The notes under the pieces: model-generated
Seen by the model: only the letters and a program-made list of their open reading frames with translations
The model's database searches: none
Told to the model about the DNA's origin: nothing
From: Burkholderiales bacterium
GTDB taxonomy: Bacteria > Pseudomonadota > Gammaproteobacteria > Burkholderiales > SG8-39
NCBI GenBank assembly: GCA_965279075.1
Contig: CBDIHI010000009.1
Span: forward strand, 217,275 to 281,274
Direction: 5' to 3'
Length of the DNA: 64,000 bases
Position numbers and translations under genes: made by a program
Part shown: positions 8,279-20,067 of the stretch, one piece after another
Layout: each line of letters starts with the position of its first letter
Numbering within the stretch: the stretch's first letter is position 1

Positions 8279-9058
8279 TCAGTCGGGCCGGGCAAGCGCC
8301 CAGTGGATGACGCGTTTCTCGATGACCAGGAACACCGCGTTCAGTGCGTAGCCGAGGACCGCGAGGATCACGATCCAGGCGTACATGTCGCGCACCCGGA
8401 AGCTGCGCTGCATGTCGATGATCAGGTAGCCCAGGCCGCCGGTCCCGGCCAGCATTTCGGCGATGACCACCAGGATCAGGCCGAGGCCCAGGGCGACGCG
8501 CATGCCGGCGAAGATGAGCGGCATCGCGGCGGGTAGCACGATCTTGAGCAGCAGTGCGAGCCGCCCGCAGCGGAAGGTGCGGCCTGTGTTGACCAGTACG
8601 GGGTCCACGCCGCGCACGCCCTGCACGGCGTTGATGAGGACGGGAAAGAATACGCCCAGGCCGACCACCGTGAGCTTCATCGGATCGCCCAGGCCGAGGA
8701 ACAGGATGAGCGGCGGAAGCAGCGCCGGCTTGGGCAGCGGACGCAGCGCTTCCACGAGCGGTTCGAGCAGGTTGTACAGCACGCGGTAGCGGCCCATCAG
8801 GAGGCCGACCAGGACGGCCGCCGCGCTGGCCGCGAAATAGGCTGCGAAGAGCAGGTAGAGGGTTGCGCCTAGGGGCGGGAACAGTTCGCCGCTCGCGACG
8901 ATCGCGGCGACGCGCCGAGCAACAGCGGTAGGCGCGGGAATGAGCGCCGCGTTTAACAGCCCGCTGCGCACGGCAAGTTCCACCGCGGCGAGCGCCAGCA
9001 GGATCACGCCTACGCCGAGGGTGCGCTCCGGCCAGCGCTGGGCGGCGGCGTCAGCCAT
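8279..9058 (-). CDS. ABC transporter permease (NitT/TauT family), first permease
   Basis: Paralogous to the 4884-5642 permease (shared LEPLVEALRPLPKPALLPPLILFLG and MQRSFRVRDMYAWIVILAVLGY motifs). The ATG at 9058 overlaps the ATPase stop by 8 nt. Confidence 0.8.
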   Translation of the reverse strand: MADAAAQRWPERTLGVGVILLALAAVELAVRSGLLNAALIPAPTAVARRVAAIVASGELFPPLGATLYLLFAAYFAASAAAVLVGLLMGRYRVLYNLLEPLVEALRPLPKPALLPPLILFLGLGDPMKLTVVGLGVFFPVLINAVQGVRGVDPVLVNTGRTFRCGRLALLLKIVLPAAMPLIFAGMRVALGLGLILVVIAEMLAGTGGLGYLIIDMQRSFRVRDMYAWIVILAVLGYALNAVFLVIEKRVIHWALARPD

Positions 9059-9833
9059 TCGGCTTTTTGAGCAGCATGGCGAGCAGCTCGTGGCGCAGCG
9101 CAAGGAACCGCGAATCCTCGCGCGTGGCGATGTTGTCGCGCGGTCGGGGCAGCCCGATGGGGATGCTGCGCACTACCGTGGAAGGACGCCCGGAAAGCAC
9201 CACGATCCGGTCGGCAAGGAACACCGCCTCGTCCACGTCATGCGTCACGAGCACCGCCGTGAAGCGTTGCTTGTCCCGCAGGTCCTGCACCAGCGCATGC
9301 AGCTCGAGGCGAGTGAGCGCGTCAACCGAGCTGAACGGCTCGTCCATGAGGAGCACGCGCGGTTCGGCGGCGAGGGCGCGGGCAATGGCGACGCGCTGCT
9401 GCATGCCGCCGGAGAGCTGCCACGGGTAGCGGTCGCCGAAATCGGCGAGGCTCACCATTTCCAGAAACCGGCGGCCGTGCGCCCGCGCCGCTGTGCGCGT
9501 CATGCCCGGGCGATGCTCGACGGCAAAGGCGACGTTGTCCTCCACGGTGCGCCAGGCAAACAATGACTTGGCGTACTGCTGGAAGAGGTACACCATGCTC
9601 GGCGGAGGCGCGCTGATCGCCACGCCATCCAGCCGGACCACGCCGCCGCTCGGCGCGATCAGGGCCGCGGCGATCTGCAGGAGCGTGGACTTGCCGCAGC
9701 CCGAGGGGCCGACCACGGCGAGAAACTCCCCCTCCTCCACCTCGAGGGAGACATCGTCGATCGCGCGCGTCTCGGCGGCGCCGCCCACGCCAAAGGACTT
9801 GCTGACGTTCTCGAGGCGAAGGTAGGCTGCCAA
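9051..9833 (-). CDS. ABC transporter ATP-binding protein (NitT/TauT family)
   Basis: Walker A GPSGCGKST, signature LSGGMQQRVAIARAL, Walker B LLMDEPF. The only available start is TTG at 9833, directly after an in-frame TAG, with AAGGAG 11 nt upstream. Confidence 0.85.
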   Translation of the reverse strand: MAAYLRLENVSKSFGVGGAAETRAIDDVSLEVEEGEFLAVVGPSGCGKSTLLQIAAALIAPSGGVVRLDGVAISAPPPSMVYLFQQYAKSLFAWRTVEDNVAFAVEHRPGMTRTAARAHGRRFLEMVSLADFGDRYPWQLSGGMQQRVAIARALAAEPRVLLMDEPFSSVDALTRLELHALVQDLRDKQRFTAVLVTHDVDEAVFLADRIVVLSGRPSTVVRSIPIGLPRPRDNIATREDSRFLALRHELLAMLLKKPNG

Positions 9834-9949
9834 TTGCTACGCCGCTCCTTGGGCGAAGGCTGGGGACTGGGTCGCTTTCATGGCGTTTCTCGCTTCCATT
9901 GAAGAATGCGCGATGATTCGCACCTACTTTAGACTAAAACGGAGACTGG

Positions 9950-10864
9950 ATGAGCACTTGGACCGTCGGTCCGGTCAGCGTGACTCGAATAGAGGAACAG
10001 CTGGGCTTCGGCAGCTTCCCGCCGGAACAATATTTCTCGGGCTTCGAAAGGGAGGTACTCGACCGCAATCTGGGCTGGCTGGTCCCCCATCACTACGTAC
10101 CCGCGGAAAACGCGCTGATCACCAGCGTGCATTCCTGGCTGATCCGCACACCGCGGCATACGATCCTGCTCGACTGTTGCGCGGGCAACCACAAGGACCG
10201 TCCCTGGTGGCCCCGGTTCCATAAGCTGGAGACGCCCTTCCTCGAGCGGTTGCGCGCGGCGGGGGCACGGCCCGAAGACATCGACATCGTGCTCTGCACC
10301 CACCTTCACGCCGACCATATCGGTTGGAACACGGTACTCAGGGACGGCCGCTGGGTGCCCACCTTCCCCAACGCCAGGTACCTCTTCTCACGCATCGAAA
10401 ACGACTTCTGGGACCCGCGCGCCAACCCCGGGCTGGCCGAGGATCCGGCCCGCAAGATCGCCTACCGCGACAGCGTGCTGCCGGTAGTCGAGGCCGGACA
10501 GGTGCAGCTCGTCGACGGCAGCCATGCCATTGACGACACACTGCTCGTCGAGCCGGCGCCGGGCCACACCCCGGGGCATGTGCTGCTCAAGCTGCGGGCG
10601 GGCGACGAAGGCGGCGTGTTCTGCGGCGACGTGCTCCACCATCCGCTGCAGATTTATGCGCCGCACTGGAACAGCCAGTTCTGCCTGCTGCCCGAAGAGG
10701 CGCGTGCCACGCGGCGCCGGGTACTCGAGCACTGCGCGGAACACGGTGCGCTCCTGTTCCCCACCCACTTCGGCGCGCCGCACGTAGCCGCGATCGGATC
10801 CGCGGGCGGCGGGTTCTCGGCCCGATTTGTCGAAGGTGCGCCGGGTCGCGCATCCCCGGGATGA
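9950..10864 (+). CDS. MBL-fold metallo-hydrolase
   Basis: 304 aa with the HLHADHIGW (HxHxDH) motif and a downstream GHTPGH metal ligand region. Confidence 0.8.
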   Translation: MSTWTVGPVSVTRIEEQLGFGSFPPEQYFSGFEREVLDRNLGWLVPHHYVPAENALITSVHSWLIRTPRHTILLDCCAGNHKDRPWWPRFHKLETPFLERLRAAGARPEDIDIVLCTHLHADHIGWNTVLRDGRWVPTFPNARYLFSRIENDFWDPRANPGLAEDPARKIAYRDSVLPVVEAGQVQLVDGSHAIDDTLLVEPAPGHTPGHVLLKLRAGDEGGVFCGDVLHHPLQIYAPHWNSQFCLLPEEARATRRRVLEHCAEHGALLFPTHFGAPHVAAIGSAGGGFSARFVEGAPGRASPG

Positions 10865-10884
10865 TCGCTAGCTGCTGCTGAGGT

Positions 10885-11691
10885 TCACCACAGCCTGGCG
10901 ATCATCCGTGCCGCAATGACGTACAGCGTCAGCGCAAACACCATCCGCAGTTGCTTCACGGGCATGCGATGCGAAAGACCCGCACCGAGCGGTGCGGTGA
11001 GCATGCTGGGTGCCACGATCATCGCGAGCGCGGGGAGGTAGATGAAGCCCAGGCTGTAGCGTGGCAACGGTCCCGCCTGGAGCCCTGCATAGACATAGCC
11101 TGCGCTAGCGACCAGCCCGAGCGGGAACCCGATCGCCGCCGCCGTCCCGACCGCCCGCTTGAGTGGAACGTTGCACCAGGCCATGAACGGGATTGTCAGG
11201 AAGGCCGCCCCCGCCGCAAGGAAGGTGGACAGGAACGAAACCACGGCGCCGACGAAGCCCAGGCCCAGCCACCCCGGCAGCGCCCGCGTGCCCTTGGGTT
11301 TGAGGTCGAAGAACATGCTCGTCGCCGCATAGAAGATGAAACCGGCAAAGAAGATCGCCAACGGGCGGCCGGGCACTTTTCCGGCCACGACGGTGGCAAA
11401 CACGGCGCCCAGCGCAATGCCCGGGAGCATGCCCCGCACGATCTCCCAGCTGATGCCGCCCCGCGCGTGGTGCGCCCCCACGCTGGATGCCGTGGTGAAC
11501 GGGATCGTGGCCATGGCCGTGGCCAGCGCCATGTGAACGAGGTGATCGGGGGGGAACCCGGCCTCGGGACCCTGGAGCCCGAATATGTACAGCATGATGG
11601 GCACGAGCACCATGCCACCGCCTATGCCGAGCAGGCCCGACATGAAACCGATCACCGTGCCGACCAGGAGATACACCCACCACAGGTCCAT
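10885..11691 (-). CDS. TSUP (TauE/SafE) family anion exporter
   Basis: 268-aa polytopic membrane protein with duplicated 4-TM halves and GIGGG motifs typical of TauE/SafE. Confidence 0.8.
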   Translation of the reverse strand: MDLWWVYLLVGTVIGFMSGLLGIGGGMVLVPIMLYIFGLQGPEAGFPPDHLVHMALATAMATIPFTTASSVGAHHARGGISWEIVRGMLPGIALGAVFATVVAGKVPGRPLAIFFAGFIFYAATSMFFDLKPKGTRALPGWLGLGFVGAVVSFLSTFLAAGAAFLTIPFMAWCNVPLKRAVGTAAAIGFPLGLVASAGYVYAGLQAGPLPRYSLGFIYLPALAMIVAPSMLTAPLGAGLSHRMPVKQLRMVFALTLYVIAARMIARLW

Positions 11692-11694
11692 CGC

Positions 11695-12477
11695 TCAGCG
11701 ACCCAGCAGGTGGGTGACGAGTTCGGAAAATCCCGACCCCGCTTCCCCGCAAGTGATGAAGCCGGGCGGGGTTGCGAGCAGGGCTTCGTACCGGCGCACA
11801 TTCGCCACGCCTACTGAATTTCGGAAGAAGGCGAACATGGGCGCGTCGTTCGGCGAATCCCCGGCAAATGCGAACGCATTGCCGGACCGGTCCAGGTCGA
11901 TCCCCAGGCGTTCGCGCGCGAAGGTCCGCGTCATGCCGAGCTTGTCGTAATCGCCGAACCAGCCGTTCACGTGGATCGAGCTGATCTTCGCCGTCATGCC
12001 GGCGTCTCGCATCAGCCCGGCGATACGCTGCGCACCCTCCAGCCCGAGCGGCGCCACGTCCTCGCAAAAGTCGATCGCCAGGTCCGCTTCGCGGTAGAGC
12101 TGGTCGGAAGCAAGGGCACAACCGCGTACTTCGGCAAGGATGCGCTCCCGGACCGCCGTCATGCGGGCGCGGTTGGCGGCGCGCGTCGCCTCGTCGAACA
12201 GGAAGCGCTTCTCCAGCGCACGGGCGACCGGGTCGTAGCGGAAATAAAAGGCCCCGTTCTCTCCCACCACCCCGTCCACCGGCCACATGCGCGCGATATG
12301 GTCGCACCATCCCGCAGGACGGCCGGTGATGGGCACCGCGATGTGGCCCGCGGCTTTCCAGCGCTCAAGCGCCGTATAGGCCTGCGCGGTCAGCCGGCCC
12401 TCCGTGGTCAGCGTGTCGTCGATGTCGAAAAACAGGCCGCGAATCCCCGCCGGGTCCAGCTCCGCGAGCGGGCGCAT
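11695..12477 (-). CDS. HAD-IIB family phosphatase
   Basis: The ATG at 12477 overlaps the glpD stop (ATGA). Motif I FFDIDDTLT and C-terminal GDSPNDAPMF. The upstream part of the 374-aa ORF is Arg/Pro-rich off-frame sequence inside glpD. Confidence 0.75.
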   Translation of the reverse strand: MRPLAELDPAGIRGLFFDIDDTLTTEGRLTAQAYTALERWKAAGHIAVPITGRPAGWCDHIARMWPVDGVVGENGAFYFRYDPVARALEKRFLFDEATRAANRARMTAVRERILAEVRGCALASDQLYREADLAIDFCEDVAPLGLEGAQRIAGLMRDAGMTAKISSIHVNGWFGDYDKLGMTRTFARERLGIDLDRSGNAFAFAGDSPNDAPMFAFFRNSVGVANVRRYEALLATPPGFITCGEAGSGFSELVTHLLGR

Positions 12478-13961
12478 CAGCGCGCCGCCAGCCACGCGGC
12501 CACGCGGTCGCGTTGCGTGGCGGAAAGGTGCAGCCCGACCTTGGTTCGCCGCCAGAGGATATCCTCGGCGCTCCGCGCCCATTCGTGATCCACGAGATAG
12601 GCAACCTCCCGCGCATGGAGCCCGGCGCCGAAGTTTTCGCCCAGGGCGTCTTGGTCCTTCGCGTCTCCGAGGACTTCCCGGGCAAGTGTGCCGTGGCGGC
12701 GGAAGATTCCGGCCAGTACGTCTGCAGGAATGCCCGGGTACGCGGCACGCAGTTGTTCGTACGCCGCCGCCGGGGACAGCCCCGGCGCGCTCCCCGGAAG
12801 CGCGACGGACTGCGTCCACGCCGGCTTCATGGCGGGGAAATAGGGGGCGAGTTTCTCCAGCGCATGTTCCGCAAGGCGCCGGTACGTGGTGATTTTGCCG
12901 CCGAATACGGACAGCACCGCTGCCGCGCCCTGATCGTCGTCGACGCGCAGCGTGTAGTCGCGCGTCACGGCCGAAGGATCGTTGGTACCGTCATCGTACA
13001 AAGGGCGGATGCCGGAGTATTTCCATACGGCATCCGCCGGCGTGACGGGCTTTGCGAGGTACCGGTTCACGGCCCTGCAAAGATAAGCGACTTCCTCGTC
13101 GCTGGCCTCGGGCTTGCCCGGCCCACCCTTGACGACGATGTCGGTGGTGCCGACCAGCGTATAGCGGCCCTCGTAGGGAATCATGAACACTACGCGCTTG
13201 TCGTCGTTCTGCAGGATGAACGCATGCTCGCCCTCATAGAGCTTCGGCACCACGATGTGGCTGCCCTTGACGAGACGCACGTTGTCCCGGCTGGGCTGGT
13301 GAAGGTGGCCGTTCAGTACTTCCTTCACCCACGGCCCGGCCGCGTTGACGATGGCGCGGGCAGACACTCCGGTCGTCTTTCCGTCGGGACCCTTCAGCTC
13401 CGCGGCCCAGACGCCGTCCTTGCGGTGGGCGCTGACACATGCGGTGCGCGTAAGGATGGTTGCACCGAGGCGCTTCGCGTCGAGCGCATTCGCCACCACC
13501 AGGCGCGCGTCGTCGACACGACAATCGGAGTAGATGAACCCGTTGCGCAACGACGCCTTGAGGCCCGAGTTGTATGGAGGGGCGACGAGGCTGACGCCGT
13601 GGGACCCGGGCAAAGTGGCGCGCCGGCCGAGATGGTCGTACAGGAACAGGCCCATGCGGATCATCCACCGCGGCCTAAGCTCAGGCACGTGTGGCATCAC
13701 GAAGCGCATCGGAGAGACCAGGTGCCAGGCGATCCCAAGCAGAACTTCGCGCTCGGCCAGCGACTCCGCCACCAGGCGGAACTCATACTGCTCGAGGTAC
13801 CGCAGGCCGCCGTGGATCAGCTTGGAGGACCACGACGAGGTGTGCGAGGCGAGGTCGTCCTTTTCGACGACGAGCACCGACAGCCCGCGGCCCGCGGCGT
13901 CCCGGGCGATGCCGATGCCGTTGATGCCGCCTCCTATGACGAGAAGGTCGTAGGCCTGCAT
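12477..13961 (-). CDS. glpD: FAD-dependent glycerol-3-phosphate dehydrogenase
   Basis: 494 aa. N-terminal dinucleotide fold DLLVIGGGINGIGIARDAAGRG and the SSWSSKLIHGGLRYLE motif typical of GlpD. Confidence 0.85.
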   Translation of the reverse strand: MQAYDLLVIGGGINGIGIARDAAGRGLSVLVVEKDDLASHTSSWSSKLIHGGLRYLEQYEFRLVAESLAEREVLLGIAWHLVSPMRFVMPHVPELRPRWMIRMGLFLYDHLGRRATLPGSHGVSLVAPPYNSGLKASLRNGFIYSDCRVDDARLVVANALDAKRLGATILTRTACVSAHRKDGVWAAELKGPDGKTTGVSARAIVNAAGPWVKEVLNGHLHQPSRDNVRLVKGSHIVVPKLYEGEHAFILQNDDKRVVFMIPYEGRYTLVGTTDIVVKGGPGKPEASDEEVAYLCRAVNRYLAKPVTPADAVWKYSGIRPLYDDGTNDPSAVTRDYTLRVDDDQGAAAVLSVFGGKITTYRRLAEHALEKLAPYFPAMKPAWTQSVALPGSAPGLSPAAAYEQLRAAYPGIPADVLAGIFRRHGTLAREVLGDAKDQDALGENFGAGLHAREVAYLVDHEWARSAEDILWRRTKVGLHLSATQRDRVAAWLAAR

Positions 13962-15133
13962 CAGCGCGCCCGAAGCGCATCCATCGTGTGTCTCGCGATG
14001 ATTCGCGCCTCGTCAGTGGCGATCACCCAGGCTGATATCCGACTCGACTCGCTGCTGATGCGCGGACCGCCTGATGCGTTCGCCTCCATGTCGAGCTCGA
14101 CGCCCAGCCACGCCGCCGCCGCGCCGACCCCGGCGCGGATCGCCGGGTGGTGCTGCCCGATTCCCGCCGTGAACACCAGCGCGTCCAGGCCACCCAGGGC
14201 CGCGGCCATCGACCCGATCTCGCGGCCGATGCGGTAGACATACAGGTCGATGGCCTGCCTTGCCGAAGTCTGGTCGCTCGCCATGAGCACGCGCATGTCA
14301 TCGGAAACGCCGGAGATGCCTGCAAGGCCGGACTCGTGGTACAGCACCTGCTCGACCTGACGCACGCTCATGCCCAGGTGTTCCATCATGTAAAGGACGA
14401 CGCCCGGGTCAAGGCTGCCACAGCGCGTTCCCATGGGGACCCCGTCGAGCGCCGTAAACCCCATCGTAGTGGCGATGCTGCGGCCTGCCGAAAGCGCGCA
14501 GAGGCTGGAGCCGGCACCCAGGTGCGCGACTATGGTCTTGCCGGTTGCGGCACGCGCATCGAGTTCGGGCAGGACGGACGCCACGTACTCGTAGGACAAC
14601 CCGTGGAACCCGTAGCGCTGCACTCCCCGAGACGTGATTGAAGCCGGCAGCGCAAACGCCTGCGCGACCGGCGGCTGGGAGCGGTGGAACGAGGTGTCGA
14701 AGCACGCAACCTGCGGGAGCGATGCGTCGAGATTCGAGATGGCGCGCATGGCCGCGAGGCTATGGGGCTGGTGAAGCGGCGCGAGCGACACCAGCTTGTC
14801 CAACTTGACGAGGACTTGGGGGTCGACGAGGACGGGACCCGCGTAATCGCGACCCCCGTGCACGACCCGGTGACCGACCGCGGCCAACTTGTCGTAAGCC
14901 GCGGCGCCCGGCAGGAAGTCGAGCAGGAATGCCAGTGCTTCGGTGTGGCCGAGCGGCTCATCCCAGCGCTTTTCGTCGATGGTCGTGTCGCGGCTGTCGC
15001 GGGCGAGGAAATGCGCGGACGCGCCGATATGCTCGATCTCGCCGTGCAGGCGGACGTCGAGCGAACCCGCCGCAAACAGCGAGAACTTCAGGCTCGAGGA
15101 GCCCGCGTTCAGCACCAGCAGCGCATCGGCCAT
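13961..15133 (-). CDS. ackA: Acetate/propionate kinase
   Basis: ATG at 15133 with GGAGG 6 nt upstream. N-terminus MADALLVLNAGSSSLKFSLF plus FHGLSYEYV and VAHLGAGSS motifs. Its stop overlaps the glpD ATG (ATGA). Confidence 0.85.
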   Translation of the reverse strand: MADALLVLNAGSSSLKFSLFAAGSLDVRLHGEIEHIGASAHFLARDSRDTTIDEKRWDEPLGHTEALAFLLDFLPGAAAYDKLAAVGHRVVHGGRDYAGPVLVDPQVLVKLDKLVSLAPLHQPHSLAAMRAISNLDASLPQVACFDTSFHRSQPPVAQAFALPASITSRGVQRYGFHGLSYEYVASVLPELDARAATGKTIVAHLGAGSSLCALSAGRSIATTMGFTALDGVPMGTRCGSLDPGVVLYMMEHLGMSVRQVEQVLYHESGLAGISGVSDDMRVLMASDQTSARQAIDLYVYRIGREIGSMAAALGGLDALVFTAGIGQHHPAIRAGVGAAAAWLGVELDMEANASGGPRISSESSRISAWVIATDEARIIARHTMDALRAR

Positions 15134-15144
15134 TGCCGTCCTCC

Positions 15145-15176
15145 AAAAAGAAAAGGGGCAGTCAGCGCTGCCCCCC
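15145..15176 (-). terminator. Rho-independent terminator of the atp operon
   Basis: On the minus strand: GGGGCAG-CGCTGA-CTGCCCC followed by TTTTCTTTTT, starting about 20 nt after the atpC stop. The U-tract runs directly into the ackA Shine-Dalgarno sequence. Confidence 0.75.
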
Positions 15177-15194
15177 TCATTAAGCGCGGAACCG

Positions 15195-15616
15195 CTACCT
15201 CTTCTGGCGCAGTTTCCGGATCGCAGCGATCTGCGCCGCCGCTTCGGCAAGCTCTGCGGCCGCCTTGGCGTACTCCATCTTTCCAGTACGGTCCTGCATA
15301 GCTTCCTGCGCGCGCTTCTGCGCCTCGATCGCCTTGGCCTCGTCAAGGTCGTGGCCGCGGATGGCGGTGTCTGCGAGCACCGTCACCACTTTCGGCTGGA
15401 CCTCGAGCATCCCGCCGGCGACGAATATCAGCTCCTCCGCACCACCACCTTCAGGCTTTATCCGAACGGTGCCCGGCTTGATGCGGGTGATCAGCGGCGT
15501 GTGCCGGGGGTAAATGCCCAACTCGCCCGCCTCGCCCGGCAGGACCACGAACTCGGCCTCGCCGGAGTAGATCTGCTCCTCGGCGCTGACGACGTCGACG
15601 TGTATGGTGTGTGCCA

Positions 15617-15617
<1 letters not shown>
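15195..15617 (-). CDS. atpC: F1 ATP synthase epsilon subunit
   Basis: 140 aa with typical epsilon sequence ([30 protein letters not shown]). Last gene of the atp operon. Confidence 0.95.
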
Positions 15618-17014
<1,397 letters not shown>

Positions 17015-17028
17015 TCAGATCAGATTCG

Positions 17029-17892
17029 TTAAACGGCCGCGGCCCCGCCGACGATCTCCGAGAGTTCCTTGGTGATCGCCGCCTGGCGCGACTTGTTGTA
17101 GATCAGTTGCAGTTCGCCGATCACGTTGCCGGCGTTGTCGCTCGCGGCCTTCATCGCGACCATGCGGGCGCTCTGCTCGGAGGCGATGTTCTCGGACACG
17201 GCCTGATAGATAAGCGCCTCGATGTAGCGCGTGAGGACCTGGTCAATCACCGCCTTGGCGTCGGGTTCGTAGATGTAGTCCCACAGGCCTTCGGGGGCGC
17301 CCATCTTCTCGCCGGACAACGGCAGGAGCTGCTCCATCACCGGCTCCTGCTTCATCGTGTTCAGGAACTTGGTGTAGAAAATGACCAGCCGGTCGAAGCG
17401 GTCCGCCGTGTAGCCGTCGAGCATGACCTTCACTGCGCCGACGAGCTTGTCCATGTGCGGGGTGTCGCCCAGCCCGACCACGTGCGAGACGATGTTGGCC
17501 TTGAGGCGCTGCATGAAGCCCAGGCCCTTGTTGCCGATTGCGCAGACCTCGAACTCCTCGCCCTGACCCTCCCACTCGCGCATCTTGGCGAGCGCCATGC
17601 GAAGCACGTTGGTGTTCAGGCCGCCGCAAAGGCCCTTGTCCGAGGTGACGACGATGATGCCGACCCTCTTGACCGAGTCGCGCGCGACGAGGAACGGGTG
17701 GCGGTACTCCGGGTTGGCATGGCTCATGTGCGCCGCGACGTTGCGGATCTTTTCCGCATAGGGGCGCGCGGCGCGCATGCGCTGCTGCGCCTTCCTCATC
17801 TTCGAGGCGGCGACCATCTCCATGGCCTTGGTGATCTTGCGCGTGTTTTGCACGCTCTTGATCTTGGTGCGTATTTCCTTGCTGCCGGGCAT
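17029..17892 (-). CDS. atpG: F1 ATP synthase gamma subunit
   Basis: 287 aa. N-terminus [32 protein letters not shown] and C-terminus [15 protein letters not shown]. Confidence 0.96.
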   Translation of the reverse strand: MPGSKEIRTKIKSVQNTRKITKAMEMVAASKMRKAQQRMRAARPYAEKIRNVAAHMSHANPEYRHPFLVARDSVKRVGIIVVTSDKGLCGGLNTNVLRMALAKMREWEGQGEEFEVCAIGNKGLGFMQRLKANIVSHVVGLGDTPHMDKLVGAVKVMLDGYTADRFDRLVIFYTKFLNTMKQEPVMEQLLPLSGEKMGAPEGLWDYIYEPDAKAVIDQVLTRYIEALIYQAVSENIASEQSARMVAMKAASDNAGNVIGELQLIYNKSRQAAITKELSEIVGGAAAV

Positions 17893-17927
17893 GGCCTGAG
17901 AGCCTCTAATTAGTACGAGCCGGGGTC

Positions 17928-19472
17928 TTAATAAGACCCGTTTTTCTTGAAGTCCTTCACTGCCGCATGCAGCTCGACTTCGTCTTCCTTGGACAGGTCC
18001 GCGGTCTTCTCGATCCGGTCGATCAGGGCGCCGAACTTGTCCTTGATGTAGGCCTGCATGGCCTTCTCGCAGGCCAGCGCCTTCTTCACATCGACGTCAT
18101 CGAAGTAACCGTTGTTGACGCCGAACAGCACCAAGGCCATCTGCCAGACCTGCAGCGGCTCGTACTGCGGCTGCTTCATCAGTTCGGTGACGAGGCGCCC
18201 ACGCTCGAGCTGCTTCCTGGTGGCTTCATCGAGGTCCGACGCGAATTGCGCAAAGGCCGCCAGTTCGCGGTACTGCGCAAGGGCGAGGCGCACGCCGCCG
18301 CCGAGCTTCTTGACGACCTTGGTCTGCGCGGCGCCGCCGACTCGCGACACCGAGATGCCGGCGTTGATCGCGGGACGGATACCAGCGTTGAACAGGTCGG
18401 TCTCGAGGAAGATCTGGCCGTCGGTGATCGAGATCACGTTGGTCGGCACGAACGCGGTCACGTCGCCGGCCTGCGTTTCGATGATGGGGAGCGCTGTCAG
18501 CGAGCCGGTCTTGCCTTTGACCGCGCCCTTGGTGAACTTCTCGACGTACTCGGGATTTACCCGCGCGGCGCGTTCGAGCAGGCGCGAGTGCAGGTAGAAC
18601 ACGTCGCCGGGGTAGGCTTCACGCCCCGGCGGGCGGCGCAGCAGCAACGACACCTGGCGGTAGGCCCACGCCTGCTTGGTCAGGTCGTCATAAATGATCA
18701 GCGCGTCCTGCCCGCGGTCGCGGAAGTATTCGCCCATGGTGCAACCGGAGTAGGGCGCGATGAACTGCATCGCGGCGGACTCGGACGCCGTGGCGGCGAC
18801 GACGATGGTGTAGGCCATCGCGCCGTGCTCTTCGAGCTTGCGCACCACGTTGACGATGGACGAAGCCTTCTGCCCGATCGCTACGTAGATGCAGATGAGG
18901 TCCTTGCCCTTCTGGTTGATGATCGCGTCGATCGCCACCGCGGTCTTGCCGGTCTGGCGGTCACCGATGATCAGCTCACGCTGGCCGCGACCGACCGGCA
19001 CCATCGAGTCGATCGACTTGAGGCCGGTCTGCACGGGCTGCGAAACCGACTGGCGGTCGATCACGCCCGGCGCGACCTTTTCGATCACGTCAGTCATCTT
19101 TGCGTTGACCGGGCCCTTGCCGTCGATCGGCTGGCCGAGAGAGTTGACCACGCGACCGATGAGTTCGGGGCCGACGGGCACGTCCAGGATCCGGCCGGTG
19201 CACTTCACCGTGTCGCCCTCGGAGATGTGCTCGTATTCGCCCAGGATCACCGCGCCGACAGAGTCGCGCTCAAGGTTCAGCGCGAGGCCGAACGTATTGT
19301 TGGGGAATTCGAGCATCTCGCCGGCCATCGCGTCGGACAGGCCGTGGACACGGCAGATGCCGTCGGTCACGGAGATGACGGTGCCCTGGGTGCGAACGTC
19401 CGACGAGAGCGCGAGGCCCTGGATCCTCGCGCGGATCAATTCGCTGATTTCGGAGGGTTTCAGCTGTTGCAT
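17928..19472 (-). CDS. atpA: F1 ATP synthase alpha subunit
   Basis: 514 aa. [10 protein letters not shown]-loop and conserved alpha-subunit sequence throughout. Confidence 0.98.
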   Translation of the reverse strand: MQQLKPSEISELIRARIQGLALSSDVRTQGTVISVTDGICRVHGLSDAMAGEMLEFPNNTFGLALNLERDSVGAVILGEYEHISEGDTVKCTGRILDVPVGPELIGRVVNSLGQPIDGKGPVNAKMTDVIEKVAPGVIDRQSVSQPVQTGLKSIDSMVPVGRGQRELIIGDRQTGKTAVAIDAIINQKGKDLICIYVAIGQKASSIVNVVRKLEEHGAMAYTIVVAATASESAAMQFIAPYSGCTMGEYFRDRGQDALIIYDDLTKQAWAYRQVSLLLRRPPGREAYPGDVFYLHSRLLERAARVNPEYVEKFTKGAVKGKTGSLTALPIIETQAGDVTAFVPTNVISITDGQIFLETDLFNAGIRPAINAGISVSRVGGAAQTKVVKKLGGGVRLALAQYRELAAFAQFASDLDEATRKQLERGRLVTELMKQPQYEPLQVWQMALVLFGVNNGYFDDVDVKKALACEKAMQAYIKDKFGALIDRIEKTADLSKEDEVELHAAVKDFKKNGSY

Positions 19473-19524
19473 GGCGATTCCGATTTGGTAAGTGTGTGTT
19501 CTATGGGTGGGCGCTGGCGCAAAC

Positions 19525-20061
19525 TCAGCTGCCCATCAGTCCGGCATTCATTGCTTGGAGCTTGCCGCGCACGGTGCCGTCGATGACCTGGTCGCCGACG
19601 CTGACCTTCGCGCCGCCGATGAGTTCCTTCACGACGCTTACCTGCGGGCGGATCTTGCGCTTGAAGCGACGCTCGAGGTCCGCCACCAGCGCCGAAAGCT
19701 CCGCGCCCTCGAGCGGGAAAGCCGACTCGATGGTCGCGTCGATCGCGCCTTCGCGCTCGGCCTTCAGCTCTTCGAACATGTCGCGCACCGCGGGCAGGGC
19801 CTCGAGGCGCTTGTTCTCGGTGAGCACCTGGAGGAGGCTTTTCGCCTCGGCCGGCATGGTCCCGGCCACGGCCGAGAACAGGTCCACGAACTGGGCGCTG
19901 GTCACCTTGGGATTGCCGTACAGCTGGCTCATCTCCGGGGCTTGCGCAACACCGGCAAGGCGGCCAAGCGTCTCGGACCACTGCGCAAGCGATCCGCCCT
20001 TGTCGGCCAGGGCGAACACCGCCTCGGCGTAGGGCCTCGCAATCGTGGTGATTTCGGCCAT
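19525..20061 (-). CDS. atpH: F1 ATP synthase delta subunit
   Basis: 178 aa. N-terminus [13 protein letters not shown] typical of delta/OSCP, with the expected operon position. Confidence 0.9.
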   Translation of the reverse strand: MAEITTIARPYAEAVFALADKGGSLAQWSETLGRLAGVAQAPEMSQLYGNPKVTSAQFVDLFSAVAGTMPAEAKSLLQVLTENKRLEALPAVRDMFEELKAEREGAIDATIESAFPLEGAELSALVADLERRFKRKIRPQVSVVKELIGGAKVSVGDQVIDGTVRGKLQAMNAGLMGS

Positions 20062-20067
20062 CGCTGG

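Noticed and set aside
12513-14237. 574-aa ORF antisense to glpD/ackA
   Set aside because: Same reasoning as above. The translation is Arg/Gly/Val/His-rich and low in information, while the opposite strand encodes complete GlpD and AckA with canonical motifs.
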